DNA of 63,198 bases, filler included, from Octopus bimaculoides (lineage: Eukaryota): NCBI RefSeq assembly GCF_001194135.2. It is 5 parts of 5 records of this genome, joined end to end, with 100 filler letters (N's around TTAATTAATTAA, not from the genome) between each part and the next. Parts side by side here need not be neighbours in the genome. Positions count along the whole stretch, not along the records: positions 61,962 to 63,198 come from NW_026431705.1; 4 more parts are not named here. The stretch is one strand, 5' to 3'. The notes under the pieces were generated by a model, which was not told the origin of the DNA, searched no databases, and saw only the letters and a list, made by a program, of their open reading frames with translations. A program made the translations under genes and the position numbers. This document shows positions 62,839 through 63,198 of the stretch, piece by piece. How positions within the stretch are numbered: the first letter of the stretch is position 1; each line of letters begins with the position of its first letter.

Positions 62839-63198
62839 AGTAATAATAGTAATAATGATAGTGTTGATTGCACGTCAATGATGACGATGGTCACATTGAC
62901 GACTTTGATCATAATAAATAAGGTCACGAGGCTGATGATGAAGAGGGGGGAGCAGCATGAGTGTGGAAATGCAGGAAGAGGATTACTACAGCAACGATGA
63001 CGATCAAAATGATAATAACAATGATGATGAGAAGGAGATGGAGGAGAGGAGAGGAGAGGAGGAGGAGGGAAGAGGGGAGGGGGAGGGGAGGAGGAGAAAG
63101 AGGTGTGGTAGAAAGAAGAGAGAAGGAAGGTGATTGTGGTTATGATTATGAGGACAAGAATGTCGACGACGATGACAACGATGACAACGATGAAGATG
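62770..63198. repeat. (AAT)n tract followed by GAT/GGA low-complexity sequence
   Basis: Direct reading. Confidence 0.9.

Overview
Eukaryotic, AT-rich, repeat-dense genomic DNA with many N gaps. The SINE repertoire points to a cephalopod, most likely Octopus (inferred from recalled families, no search run). There is no prokaryotic operon, CRISPR array, rRNA or true tRNA gene, and most tracked ORFs are microsatellite or N-run artefacts. One convincing host exon is present (38737-39238, minus strand, THADA-like C-terminal region). The rest is transposon relics: two internally deleted R4/Dong-like non-LTR elements, four mariner loci, two Helitron helicase relics, a hAT relic, a Chapaev3-like relic, three or four Penelope-like GIY-YIG remnants, a long-TIR Mutator-like foldback, many tRNA-derived SINEs and microsatellites. 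The most notable structures are: a hammerhead-like core inside a Penelope palindrome (48.9 kb); a 5'-inverted Penelope with nested inverted repeats (39.7-41.6 kb); an unexplained 376-bp foldback (47.3 kb); two pre-miRNA-sized hairpins (4.35 and 56.3 kb); and a CpG-depleted domain (about 22-39.5 kb). I found no clearly novel protein-coding system.
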